DNA from: Psammoneis japonica | Taxonomy: Eukaryota | DNA length: 64,000 nt | Assembly (NCBI GenBank): GCA_008632985.1 | Contig: QPGO01000010.1 | Coordinates: 124,001-188,000, forward strand | Direction: 5' to 3' | Shown here: positions 12,898 through 25,306 of the stretch, in pieces | How positions within the stretch are numbered: the stretch's first letter is position 1 | Layout: the number at the start of each line of letters is the position of its first letter | The notes under the pieces: model-generated | What the model was told of the DNA's origin: nothing | Databases searched by the model: none | The model's input: the letters and a program-made list of their open reading frames with translations, nothing else | Program-made: the position numbers and the translations under genes

Positions 12898-15230
12898 GCA
12901 AAGCAAGAAGAGCCTTGTTAGTTTCTGCCAGAAGGGAGCAGAGAGGGTCAGAGGGGAAGCCTTCAAGACAGTTGTCGAGCTCAGGAAAAGAGGAAAAAGA
13001 GTTTGTGCAGCTCATTCAGGAAGGTGTTGAAGCTCTGATGGCGGGTGCATGGGTTCTGATGGTGTTTCAGAACTCCAAGCTTTGGCCATGTGGAGTGCAG
13101 GCTTCATGAGAGAATTTGCCAAAGATTCTGAGGTGCACTCTGTTGTGCTGGCAGTGCAATGAAGAGGCTCAGAAAGGATGGCATCATTGTCAGAGGAAGA
13201 AGCATCACAAAAAGTTTTGTTGGCGGACAATTGAAGTGGGAGTTCCAGGGGGAGTGCCTCAGCCTGTTGCATCATGTTCTGGAAACAGTCAAGGGCAAGG
13301 AGTGCACTGGCTTGACAAGCTAGATGGCAATGGAGAAGGGACTCAAAGGACAACTTGGCAGCATTGATCATGCAGTCAAGGTCATCCTTGCCTTTGAAAA
13401 ATGGAGCAAGTGTCTGTTGAACATTGGAGAGCGCATCGGTGGCGACAATGCAAACTTGTGAATTGAGTGCACTGTTGACTGTGATGTCAGCAATGGCAGG
13501 GGTTGACATCTTCAGAGGAAGTGGCTGTGTGGTTGGTGGCAAAGATGTTTTCCTGGTCCATGCACTGTGGGGTTGCAAGAGCTTTGTCAAGAGCTCTGTC
13601 CATCTCATGGTGTGCAGAGTGCGCGTGCCATGAGGTTCTCTGGACATGTTGCTGGAGTCCCATTGGCGGCATTGACATTAGAAAGAGCTGGTGTGGCAGC
13701 TTCACAAACAGTCAAGAGAGGTGGGAATTCTTCAGGAGATCCAAGTGGAGCTGTCCCATTGGCCTTGGATCCATGGGCAGCAGGAGGAGAATGAGCAGGA
13801 GAGGTCAGGGGAGAGCAAGGTGCCCCCCTTTGGCTGAAGCACTCTCATTGTCAGAAGCAACAGTGTTGACAGCAACACAAATGGATTGAGATGTCAAATG
13901 ATCATGGGCGGGGTGGGTGTCCAGATGAATTGCATGTCCTCTTGGGCTTGCTCTTGAAGCGACAATCAACATCTTGACACTGAAATGGTTTCCAACAAGA
14001 CATGCCATGGCAATGACAACAGGTTCATGGGGCTTTGCATTCCTGATTGGGCATCATCTTTTTGTGCTTCTTTGGGTTGAGATTGGGGCAACAATTGTCA
14101 GGTCATTCACCTGAAGTGTGAGCAGAGTTGGCATGGTTGGCTGGTGCAGAAGGTTTCTGGGTGCAATTGTGCAGAGTGTCCACATCTGTGTCAAGAAGAA
14201 TGTCCAAAGATTTGTTGACATCCTGCAAGTGGTTGCAGATTGCACAATCACAATCAAGATGCTTGGGGTCAGAAAAGTCAAAATCTCTTTGGTCAGCTTC
14301 ATCCAACAAGTGGCCAAGATGAGCACTTGAGTGCTGCAAGACACGAAGGTTGGAGTTGAGTTTGGATGTCTCCATCTGGAGACTGGCAACTTGGTGCTGA
14401 GCTTGAGCAACACACAGTTTGAGAGCAAAACGCACATTGTCCTTGAATTGTTGGCAACAGAGTTCCTCAGGAGACAGCAGAGCAGGGGCTGGGGCATGCT
14501 GAGTGGCCGCAACTAAGCTGCGGATGGCACACAGGCTTGGCGTGCCAAAGACCATGGACAGAGGAGCAAATGCCGTGCTCAAAATCAATGTCATCCTTGA
14601 AGGCATCAAAAGCACAACAACAAGCACATTGCAAGCAATGAGCAGAGACCTTGTTGTGTCCAGGAGCAGGCTGGGATGGCTTGGCAGATGGCTTGGAAAG
14701 CAGTGCAGACGTGTGCTTGATGCATCGGATCGGGGTGCAGTGTGGTGCTCCCTGGGTCACGCATCAGCTGCATCAACAAGAACTTGTGGAGTGCAACACA
14801 AGTTGTGATGCTGGGCCTTGGGGACATTGTCAACAGTGCCTCCGTGTGGACCACAAAAGACGCAATTTGGGTGTGCATGTGACAACACACCTTGCGCAAG
14901 AAGAAGCAGCGTGAGATGCATGATGAGCATTTGACGCAAAAGAAGCACTCTCCTCAGACCAAACCAGAAGCATTGCAGCCATGACAGAAATTGAGAAAGA
15001 ACTGGGCCTCGCCTGAAAGTGACTTGGGGTGATCAAGTCCGTGCACGAACAGGAGCGAGTGAGCCAAAAAGAGTGACAGCTTGCACCACCAAAGCATGTT
15101 CCAGACATTGTGATAGACTCTGCGCTAGTCTCAGAATCGAAGCCAAGATGGAAATCGAAGGATGATTCCGACATGTTAACTAAACGCTGCGGAATTGCGG
15201 ATGATTTCCATCACAAACTGACCAGAAGAC

Positions 15231-16352
15231 ATGGTCTTCAGTCATGACGTTCAAATTTCAAAAGGGAATTTGGAATCCCTAACATCAAGAAGCAATAAAA
15301 AAGGCCACCCAACCGACCACCAATCTGAGCCTGTGACCCAAACGCAACGCGAAGATGATGATTCTCTCTTCCACATCTGCGAAATCAGAAAGACGCACAG
15401 AAAAAATGAAGATCAAAGAGTTACTCAAAAAACCATGAGAGTCCGAAGACCAGTAGTACGTGACAGGATGAAAGAGGTGGTGAGATGTTGGTTTCTTGTC
15501 TCGCTACCCCTCTTGGGTGTCACACACGCCGTCGCGTGGTTGAGCTTTCAGCAGAATGGACCGATCGGGCCTACGTCAATGAGCTACACTGGAACTAATG
15601 AATGCGAAAACACTTACGACTGGAGTAAATCCAATGTCCCAGAACTTTACCGAAAGCTCTTGCCGGCCCAGCCATTCAGTGTGCCACCAACCATTTTGCC
15701 AGTGCTGTCCACACTCCGTGGCATTAGTCCCGAAAACAGATACAACCATCGTGCGCTGATGGCCATGCTGCTCTTTTCTGTTGGCGTCCCAATGCATTTC
15801 ACCGCACACTTCCAGCTTCTCGAACCCCAAAATGTGTCGACATGGTATGGAGCATGGGGCTTAATGATTTTTGTCACTCAAGTGAGCATGTATTATCTGA
15901 TCTTTGTTCGCAGCCTTCCTCACTCGGAAAATTCCAATGAGTCGCTCCTCATCTTGCCATTTGGCCTTGGTTTTGCCATTTACTTGTTGGGACACTTGCA
16001 TTTCGGCGGCGGGGCCTTTGTGTTTGTGTGGACCCAATCCGTGGCGTTGCACATTATCTTGATGTACCCTTGGCTTCGCCTGGTGGACCGTTGGCTTGAG
16101 AAGCCATGCTCAAGAGGCATGCTAATTAATGCAGTTTTGGGGTTCGCTTGGGATGCATTTTACCTTCCATTTTGCTGTAGACGCGAGTCTTTCTTTCTAC
16201 CAGGAGGCTTCCAAGTGCCACTCCATGCAATTGGTGATTGCTTTCACTCCGCAGCTTGGATCATGAGCTGTGCTCCGCTTGTGAATGACATTCTTACAAA
16301 AATTTCACACAAACATGAGCACTGCACAGAGGAGAAGAAGAAGCAATTATAG
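15231..16352 (+). pseudogene. Multi-pass membrane protein of unknown function, less mutated copy (373 aa ORF; true start may be a later ATG)
   Basis: Hydrophobic helices, retains several Tyr codons and the stop TAG at 16350-16352. Carries its own TA->CA/TG changes. Confidence 0.6.
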
Positions 16353-16612
16353 TAGTTGTTAGACTCACAGTTTAGGGAAATTTTGAACAGAACTAGCACA
16401 AATGCACCCTCCAGCCATTTGGATGGATTCTTTCAAACCATGTGGGTGTCGCCACCAGTGGTTGTTCCCCGTGTAAATCTGGGAACACCTCCCACAGTGC
16501 AGGGGTGGTTCTCTCAGGTGTATGTGACAGAAGCCATCAGCGAGATCTATCTTCATGAGATGCTCCGGCCACACAATCAAGAAATTTCAGTGGAAATCTT
16601 TTTGGCCGACCG

Positions 16613-19414
16613 GTCTGCCTCCAGATGCAGCACGCAACTTTCTGCCTTCGCCCCTCACAAAACTCTGGGACACTGCTCTTCCCCTGCTGGGACTTTGAAG
16701 AAACAGCAAGAAGTCTTGAAAGCCAAGAGTGACCGGAAAGCATTGGTCATGCACTCTACCGGCATTCCACTCGATCGCACTGAATCATGGAGACATTGCC
16801 ATGCGTGCTATTTACCTTCCATGACCTTCATCCCAGCTAACTCTCACTTTGCCTCCAAAGTGTTGTTGCAGATCCAGCAACGCGCCATGCGAGTGATTTT
16901 CGCTAAATGTGGATGCAATCGGAATGACAAGCGCCTCATTCTGTACGGCTTTCAATCTCTCAGTGGGGGCGGATTTTGATCCTTGGACGTTGAACAGGGC
17001 ATGATTGCGCAACTGCAACAGTTCCTTCGGCACTCTCGTGGGCTCAACACATGCTGTCAGAAGATCAACCACATGCCGCAGTTCACATTGCCATTGCTTG
17101 GCATCAGCTGCAGCTGGGTGTGGGAATCAGCTTCCTAAAAGATGTCAGCACCAGACATCCACACAGTGAGTCCCACTGGCTTGCATCTGTCCACTTGTTC
17201 CTGCATCGTGTGGGTGGATGCATTGCTGTGTCCCAGGACGGGCTGTCACCTCTGCAACGTGACAATGATCAGTTCCCAATGGACATTGCCTTGGAGTTGT
17301 TGGAATTTTTGTCCCAAGAAATTTGGTGGATCAACCATTGTTGATTGCACCTTCAAGTGCTGCTCACGGTCTCAGACATTGCCTTGGCGGACGGCTGCAA
17401 CCTGGATGAGTCCAAAGTCTGTGGTGACGACCCCACTTTCTCCTTGGCAGCATCAGCACCTTGTTTGACAATGTTGAACAGACCAAACCTTGTCTCAAGG
17501 CATGGAGTCCCTGAGTGTGCCTGTGTGAAATGTTGTGTGATGATGGATCCACCAGACTGCAAGCTCTTTTGGGAGATTGGCCAGTGCCTCCTTCCAACAA
17601 GATGCAGATTCAAGCCTCTGCCTGTTGGTCTCCAGAAGAATCACATTTGTGTGTGAGATCTCCATCTGGTTTTAATGTGTTTCTGGCCAAAGACACAGTC
17701 GCAACATCATCACATCAAATTGAAACAGTTCCTTCTTCAGCTGACTCATCTTTCCCGGCAGAAATCAACTCACTCAATGAAGGACGGTGGCAATGCATCC
17801 CTCACAGATCGCAGCTGACAGTTGACACACATCCTCTGCCACCCAAGCTCTTCAAAGACCGGCTGCAAGGCCTGCCTTCTTGGGAGTCAGCCCTCTTCTC
17901 AGAGATGGAATTCCACATGTCCCTCTGCAAATTAGCGGATTGCTTTGTTTCAAATTGCCTGATGTCAGGAAGTGACGGGTCTGTGATCCTCCAGAATGAT
18001 GACCTTTGGCAGACTGTGCAGGACTGGCATTTGGCAGAACACCTTCCTCTTGCCAAGCTGAAGCATGTGGCTTTCTCTCCTTGACACGATTTGTTTTCTG
18101 CCTGCAGGAGTTTTGCAAATTGTCCTCATGCAAGGGAGCTGACAACTGGTGCAACAACAAGGCTCTCATTCGAGTTCTGTCCCATCTCACAGACAGCCGT
18201 CCCTCCATTGATCCCTCCCCTTGTGTCCATGCCGAACTTGATTTTCACCTTTGGAAGCATGTTGCCAATGTCTTGTCATCAGATTGGGGCATTGTGAACA
18301 AAATTTGTCAGACCTTCACCACTGTCAAAGCTGTTCTTAATCAGTCTTCCCCCAGTCAGGTTCCCACACTTGCTTGAGTGGGTAAAAGGACATCAAGATT
18401 GACATCATCTGGTGGAAACTCCATCTCACAATGTGCAAATCAACATGCGGACTGACAAGCTGGCAGGCTGCTTTCATGGTCAATGTGAGTTTGACATGAC
18501 AACGGTGTCCCCCCACTGCCAGTCTTGCCTCCACCTTCAAGATGGGCCCATTGGGGAAAGAAATGAATGGAATGAATCTGTCACTGACAAGATGGATTGG
18601 AAGGTGCATGCAATGCTGGTTCGTTGATGCTCCACATGTGTCCACTGTCAAATTGATCCATGAACTGCCACCTGCAGCCAAACAAGATTGCTCATCGATG
18701 CGATCCAGTCAGACCGCATCATTGCCTGTCTTGCAAACATTCCATGGAAGATTGCAATCACATCCTGCGGTGTCCAGCCAATGAACCTTCTTGGCAATGC
18801 AAATTCTTGCAGGGTCTGCAAAAACACTGCAATGATGTTGATGCAATGCCTCCTCTTTGGGATCTGTTCTTGTCCTCTGTTGAAGCATGGTTTTGAAGGT
18901 GAGATGACATGTGATGATGACATTCACCCCTTGTTGCAACCTCCATGGAGAGCCCAGTCAGACATTGGATGGTGACAACTGTTCAATGGCCGTTGTTCCA
19001 CCCTCTAGAACACTTTTCAAGAAATGCACCTCTGCAACATGGGACTGTTGGAAAAGTGTAGAAAGGAGAGCCGCCCACCTCCAGTCTGGGCTGTGCAGAC
19101 AGGAACCTGCATTTGGAAATCTTGGTGGGAGTTGTGGGAGGAGCACAATCAAGAGGTCCACAGTCATGACGTGGACACTGGGAAGTCATCTCTGTGACAA
19201 CAAGTGGAGGCCAAGCTCGCGGCAATGTGCAACAAAAGACAGGATCATTTGGCTAAAGATGGGGACATGCTGATGGATTCAGTTGAAGAGCACCAATCTC
19301 ACTCCACTTTGCAGATGATTGGCTGGATCGCAATGGCAAAACCACAACTGAAAGACAGCCTCAAGAAAGCAAAGTGCTCCATGCGGCACTTGCTCTGCAG
19401 CCAGTTGTTTTGGC
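16613..19414 (+). mobile_element. Second copy of the degenerate LINE-like element
   Basis: Same motifs as 9600-12400 at offset 7013-7014. Confidence 0.75.
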
Positions 19415-19554
19415 GGGTTGGTGTCACCTTCGGATGACGCCCATTCTGGCTGATTTGCACAAGCTTCTGCCACACCGCAAGGTGCACTTGACGTGTGGGT
19501 CAGCTGGTGCTGGCCTGGCTGGCAAAGGAGTGATGGCGCTCAAAAGATTGACCT

Positions 19555-20100
19555 GGTTTTTTTAATCTTCATGAGACACACCTTGAAAGTTTGCCCAAGT
19601 GGCATTGATTTGACTGAAGCAGTGGGCTGTGTGGCTGAATTTTCACCCCATAAAATGTTCAGTCCATCCACTGTGGGCCTTGGTTGGTGACCGTGCTGTG
19701 ACACAACACCAATGGAGCCAAGTCACAGTCCTGGTGTGTCTTGTGCAAGCACTTTTTTTGCACGGTGGCACAGCTGTCCAGAACCCTTTTTCAACCACAT
19801 CTGCCATGTCTTTGTGCAAGAACTTGATGCACTTGCAAGTGGATTCATGTGTTCCCCTGGTGACACTGGCATCCAGCTCAGCACATGTCCACAGTGCATC
19901 AGTGATGGTGTGATGGGAGCACGCACCTCGGTGCTTGCAGCTGCTCAACAACTGGTGTGCCAGATGTTTCTGCATGTGAGACAACCACCTCCAATCTCAT
20001 TCTCTGCTGCTGTGATGTTCGAACAAGTGGCTCAGTCCTCCATCACACAATGATTCAGTGTCAATTGCTGGTGCATGCTCCTCACCCAATTCATCACAGC
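19555..20100 (-). mobile_element. DIRS-like RT upstream region, longer remnant
   Basis: KHLAHQLLSSCKHRGA...LWTCAELDASVTRGTHEST...FLHKDMADVVEKGFW. Confidence 0.5.
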
Positions 20101-21627
20101 AAACTGTGGTGGCAGCTCCCACATCCTGCCCAGGTGCACCTGGAGTGGCAGGTGTGACAGCATTTTGCTGTTGCAAAAACAGGCTCTCTTGGCCCCAGTT
20201 TCCTGCACTGTCTGGGCCAGTGTCAAAGACCTGCTTCATTTTCCAGTTTTCTTCACCCCCCAAACACCAAGTGAAGAACCTGATTTGTTCAGCCTTGGAG
20301 TGGTCATTGTGGTGATCATCACTTGTGCTGCAGTTGGTGCTGAGATGTTTCTTTGTGTGACACAGGTTGCAATGAAGTGACCTTTGGTCTAAAGCTTGTG
20401 GTTGAAGCTCTGTCTTTTCAATCACGTGATCGCAGGTGTCTGGAAAGGAGGAGACTTCCGTTCCCCCTTGATCAGGGGCCAGTTTGCCATGCTTCTTGCC
20501 TTTCCAGGAGCAATTTCATTACAGTGATTTGGAAGCCATTTGCAGCACTGATGGCAAGTGCACACAACATGGACATCCCATTGTTCCATCAGTGGCATCA
20601 AGTTGCCCCACAACTGTGACTGAGCGTCCTTTTTTCATTGTGAAACAAACCAATCCATTGTTGGACATAAATGCATTGTGATTTTTCTTGCGATGCTTTT
20701 GAGGTTCACTGCCAAATTGTCTCCACACCTTTGAGCAATGTTTCTCTTTGATTTGTTCACCAGCACAGCAAGACAGGCAAATGCCATCTTGAACAATGCA
20801 GCAGTTGTCTTTTTGTAACTTGCTCTCGTGATTGGTGGCAAACAATCTCATGGCAGCAGTGCTCGTGTCCGGTGGACCAACTTGCAGTGCCATTGAAGGT
20901 GCTTTGCCACTTACAAAGACGTTTACAAAGCGCCCCTGGACGTCTCTGGGCGTTGACTGGTTGCTAAGAAAACACTGAGAAGGGATCTGACGGCATGATC
21001 GCTTGATTTCGTTCCACAAAAAAAATTTTTTTTCGTGCGGCGACTAACCAATAAAGATGAGAAAGATCAGAGAACGTGATGGTTCTCGTAGAAGGATGGT
21101 GGCAGGCCAACGCAAGAGAGCTCAAATTCACCATAGAAACTGCTTCTGACTACGCGTTGATCTAAGGATGATTTATGAGAGGCAATATAGCATCACCGTA
21201 CAGCCTCTTCCGAGTCGCTTGAACCGCCATGACGTTTCATTCTTCCTTGTGGCCCTCTTGCAGTTTGCCTTAGCGCTGGTGTTGGGTTTCTGATACCTCG
21301 CTGACGAGTCCCAAAAATGATTACTCTGGGGAGCATAAGAAGGAGAGCTACGGCATGCGTTGACTTGAAACGAAAACCACCAGACTCTCTGTGTAACTTG
21401 CTACGCAGACAGGCTTCCGCTACGACTAGCATCTTACCGCATCGCGTTGATCAAAACATCACACCGCTGTCCTTTACGGAGATAGATCGGGGAAGTCCAT
21501 ATACATGTTATGCATCAGGTGGATTTACCCCCTGCAGCATGGCAGGTCACGGCAGTCATTGATGAGATCCTGGACCTGCCGAACAATTGGGCATAACGAG
21601 CGAGACCTTTTTCTCGCGCTTGCGGTG

Positions 21628-22182
21628 CTATTCAAACTTCTTCTTGGTCACGATATGGGGAGTCCAACTGTTGTCGTTCCAGTTGAACTTGATCACCAAG
21701 TCCATGGAGTCGCCATCTTCGCCCTCGATGGGTGTGTCCCTTGAGTACTTGGCATTTCCAAACACGCCTAGTAACTTGCCGCGGATGCCCGTCTTGGCCC
21801 GTAGCATGTGTGTTCCGGCAGGAACTTCGAGGACAATCTTCTCGCACTCCTTGATGTAGCAAGCCTTTTCCTTCTCCTCGTCGAGATAGAGCTTGACTTC
21901 TGGTACCGAGCCGTCGCGGGGGTCCCACACATACCACTTGAAGCGGCCATACTCAGCAAATTTGATGTTGACGTCGAAAGTGCCGGCCTTTTTATTGTTT
22001 GATCCACTGCTATCGACCCGGGCGATGCATTTGACAAGACGAGTAGTACCATCTGTTTCAGCGAGAACTTGATACTTCCTGCCATCAGTTCCTTTGGACA
22101 AGGAATCCCCGTCGCTCTTGATGGGCGTTGCCTGCTCTTGAGGAGGGCCACGGGCATCTCCCGCCGTGGTGGCGGTGGGCAC
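21628..22182 (-). CDS. Hypothetical protein; start uncertain (no in-frame ATG, possible frameshift)
   Basis: 184-codon ORF with normal composition and globular-looking sequence. No recognised motif. Confidence 0.4.
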   Translation of the reverse strand: MPTATTAGDARGPPQEQATPIKSDGDSLSKGTDGRKYQVLAETDGTTRLVKCIARVDSSGSNNKKAGTFDVNIKFAEYGRFKWYVWDPRDGSVPEVKLYLDEEKEKACYIKECEKIVLEVPAGTHMLRAKTGIRGKLLGVFGNAKYSRDTPIEGEDGDSMDLVIKFNWNDNSWTPHIVTKKKFE

Positions 22183-22711
22183 TTGATTTTATCAGCAATG
22201 GTCATAGCGAGCGGAGAAAGCACGAGCGATTTTAGTCTCTTTTCGTCCTTCGCTTTTTTTTATGAGATGATTGAAAGGTTGGTGTGGGATGATCCGCGTT
22301 TGTTTTCATCTGCGGTCGTGATTTTGTGATAGCTAGCCCGTGTCAAGATTCAAAGTAATGGCAGCAAGTCCAACGTGGTGGCGGCGGCGGCTAGAAGTAA
22401 ACGACTCTTTCGCCTCGATTTCATATTCTGTGAGACAAAGCCAGAAAAGGCACATTGTTTCTCTACCAATGTTTCTAACAGCGCTATTGCCATTTTTAAG
22501 AGGAAGAACGTAGCAAACTGTCTTTATAGGGTTCTTTGTTTTTTACTCTGGCTTCCACTACTGTGTCTTCAGTGACGATTAGCGGCTGAGTCGTGACGAT
22601 TAGCTGCAGAGTCGTCATCCCAGTGGCTCGCGAAGACACTCAGCAACCCTGGACCGTACGTCGATAAAGGCCGATTTCTTGACTTGAAGTTTTGGCTCTT
22701 TGATTCTCACA

Positions 22712-24765
22712 TTATTCGCCAGCCGTGTATTCTTCTAGTCTCCATGAATAGCTCTTCTCTTCTAATAAATCGTTGAATGCTTTTGCATACAATCGGTAGT
22801 GTTCTTCAAGTTTCTTTCGAAGCGACGGCCTTAGAAAGCTCTCTTGCCCAAGGTTTACATACTCTGATGCCGCCTTTTCAATAGCAGGAACATCAATCCG
22901 ACGGGTGTCAACCTTGAGGTGGTTTAACACCTTGAAGACGAATGCGACGGCATCCTTTTCAATGTCATCAAAGTTGAGAATGAGTATTTGTTCGTCAGGG
23001 AAATGCTTGTACCAGCGCCTTAGCGCGACTTCGTAGTTGCTTCTCTCTTCATGATCTCGGTCTTCCAACTTCTTCATAAAAAAGTAGTCGTTGAATTGTG
23101 AGGTGTTAGTCGTTGTCAGAATTCCCTTCTTCTCGTCTCCGCGAAGGTTCTTACGAACGTGACTCCACGCTCGGTCTATTAAATTTCGTGCCACAAAGAA
23201 TATTCTAACGTCGGGAAAAAGGAGTCGAATTTCTCGAATGTCTTCGTCAGGAAGGGCCAAGTAGTGTGGTGTTAGCTCGCCGTGGAGTAAATTGGTCATG
23301 TCCTTCCGATGGCGATTCGGAAAGTGGTCGCTGTACCATTTGAGACCATTGAAGCGATGATTGTCCCAGAAATGGATTTCCTTTTGTATTCCAAAGTCAA
23401 CCTGAGGGCGGCACAGTCTAAGCATGTCAGCCAACCAGGTCGTCGCCGCTCCCTGAGCCCCAATGCCAAGGAACGATATGTTCACGTCGAGATCATGGTA
23501 ATCGATTGGAAGCTCATTTGCCTCTGGAAGAACTTGCGTCCCTACGTTTTTAAAGAAGTCTTTCCATCTAGGGTCATTCAAAATGATATCCACATCCAAC
23601 GAGCAGGGCAACCGTTTCCTAAATCCTTGTCTAAATTCAAGCCTCAGATAAGCTTCGCCGTATTCGGACTCGTAAAAGTCGGGAAGAATGTCCTGCTCTA
23701 TTGATATTGTCATGTTGAGCATTCTGTCTATTTCATCCTGGGACAAGCAGTGAAGAGGAAAGTCCTTCTTTCGTTTGTATCGTAGCAACGTGCCGTAGTG
23801 CTGGGCTGCCTCTGTCACGAATCTTCTCGACAATGAAGCATTTACAAGTCCCTTCTCGTAAGCAGCCACTGATAACAGGTCGAACTGCAATCATCCGTAA
23901 AGTTTCGGTGCTCTACTCGAGTTGCATTATTTAAAGGGGATAGAATACCGCACACTCTTGCTGCCTCTGGGACATGACGACAGAAGAAATTTCCAATGAG
24001 GTTTCCTGGAGCGTGTGCATTGAAGACTGACACATTGGAAAACCTTTTCTTCCATTGTTTCAAGATCTCTTGCGGATGCATGTTTTTACGTTGTATAGTT
24101 TGATTGAAAGATGCTTTAAGTGACGAGACCTTTTGTCCTCCCTGGTCGGGCCACTTGTTTGAATCTCGAATCTTTTTCGTTGTCATTTGCGTGTAATGAT
24201 TAGGCACCCATTCGTGAAATCTACGATAGGAATACACGACACGGACATCCCAATCCTGGACTAGCTCAAGAAGATGAACCCAAAGATGCCTTTGCGCATC
24301 TTCGACTTTATAAAATGCTCCAAGAAACTCGTTCGACACGAGAATATTGTGATTCCTTTCTCGATGAAACTCAAGAGTTTTTCCGAATTCTTTCCATGCT
24401 CTCGTGCAATCTTCTTCCTCGTCTTCTGAAATAAGGTAACATTTTTGGTACAATTGATCAGATGAATGTTCTTCTACGTAGAAGAGATTGTCTTGTTGCA
24501 GTTCTTGTTCGTGGTTAGCGGCAAACTCCTGGATACTGGAAGTGTTTGTGTTGGGTGGGCCGACGATTAGCGTTAAAATCGGCTTTTCATTCCCTTGTTG
24601 TTGTTGCTTTCGTTTCGTTGATAGATTCAGAAACCCACCATCATCGAAGCTCGCCACCTTTGGAACTCCATCTATAATCCCAAGGTTGCCTCCGTTGTAG
24701 AAAACCCATAACGAGGCAAGAAACGCAAGCCCCGTCACCGTGAAGTAGTTTGATATCATGGGCAT
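22712..24765 (-). CDS. Type II membrane two-domain sulfotransferase-like protein; 1-nt frameshift near 23890
   Basis: N-terminal TM, then IVGPPNTNTSSIQ P-loop-like domain, then a sulfotransferase domain (FLGIGAQGAATTWL, KEIHFWD, GELTPHYL, ARNLIDRAWSH). ORFs 23842-24765 and 22712-23890 join with one extra base. Confidence 0.75.
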
Positions 24766-25306
24766 GTTGATTGGGAAGGGCGGCGTCGACTCCCACTCGC
24801 TCTATCGCTATCCTGGGGAATGGCCTGATTCATTCCGTCAGATACAATCAACAATGTTCGCTCAGTACCGTATCAAGGCTGTTGGCGTCGAACCGCTCGT
24901 CCTGTCGAAAAAGTATCAAGCAGCAAGTAATTTGCTTTTGTTCACCTCACACGTGTTTCACGTGCGCTGAAGCATTCACTTTCAAATCGCTTGGTAGCAA
25001 ATAAGTAAGACGTTCTTTACTTATTGTTTCAGACATATTAGTCAAGCCCAATGCTTTATTGCGGATGAGCTCCTAATTGTCTTCCATCTAAGTCCTTAAA
25101 CACTGTGAAGAACAGAAGTGTCGCAGGACAAATATAAAAGAAACAACAGCTTTGCCTGTACTTCGACCGTTGCGCTTTTCGGCAGAGGTTGGCAGCGGCG
25201 AAGACCGAGAAGGCGTCCTGTAAACAACAACGACGCTAAGTTCTAAGTTCCGAGCGTTTCCGAGTGAAGAGAATACCTTGTGATAGAGTGATCGCCCCTT
25301 CTCATC

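Larger units (their letters stand above)
12898..19912 (+). repeat. Tandem segmental duplication, copy 2
   Basis: Near-identical to 5884-12897. Similarity ends after tgcatcagtgatggtgtg (19912). Confidence 0.97.
1..20900. other. TpA/CpG-depleted (hypermutated) repeat domain A
   Basis: By eye, 0 TpA and 5 CpG in 1-600 and 11 TpA in 1-2340, versus 8 TpA in only 120 bp at 22681-22800. ORF translations are nearly Tyr-free and His/Cys/Gln-rich. TA and CG return at about 20910. Confidence 0.9.

Noticed and set aside
1..20900. Classical fungal RIP as the explanation of the blocks
   Set aside because: RIP depletes CpA/TpG and enriches TpA. The opposite is seen here.
1..20900. Alternative genetic code or Cys/His-rich metal-binding protein cluster
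   Set aside because: Neighbouring genes use the standard code, and the bias affects all frames, both strands and non-coding sequence.
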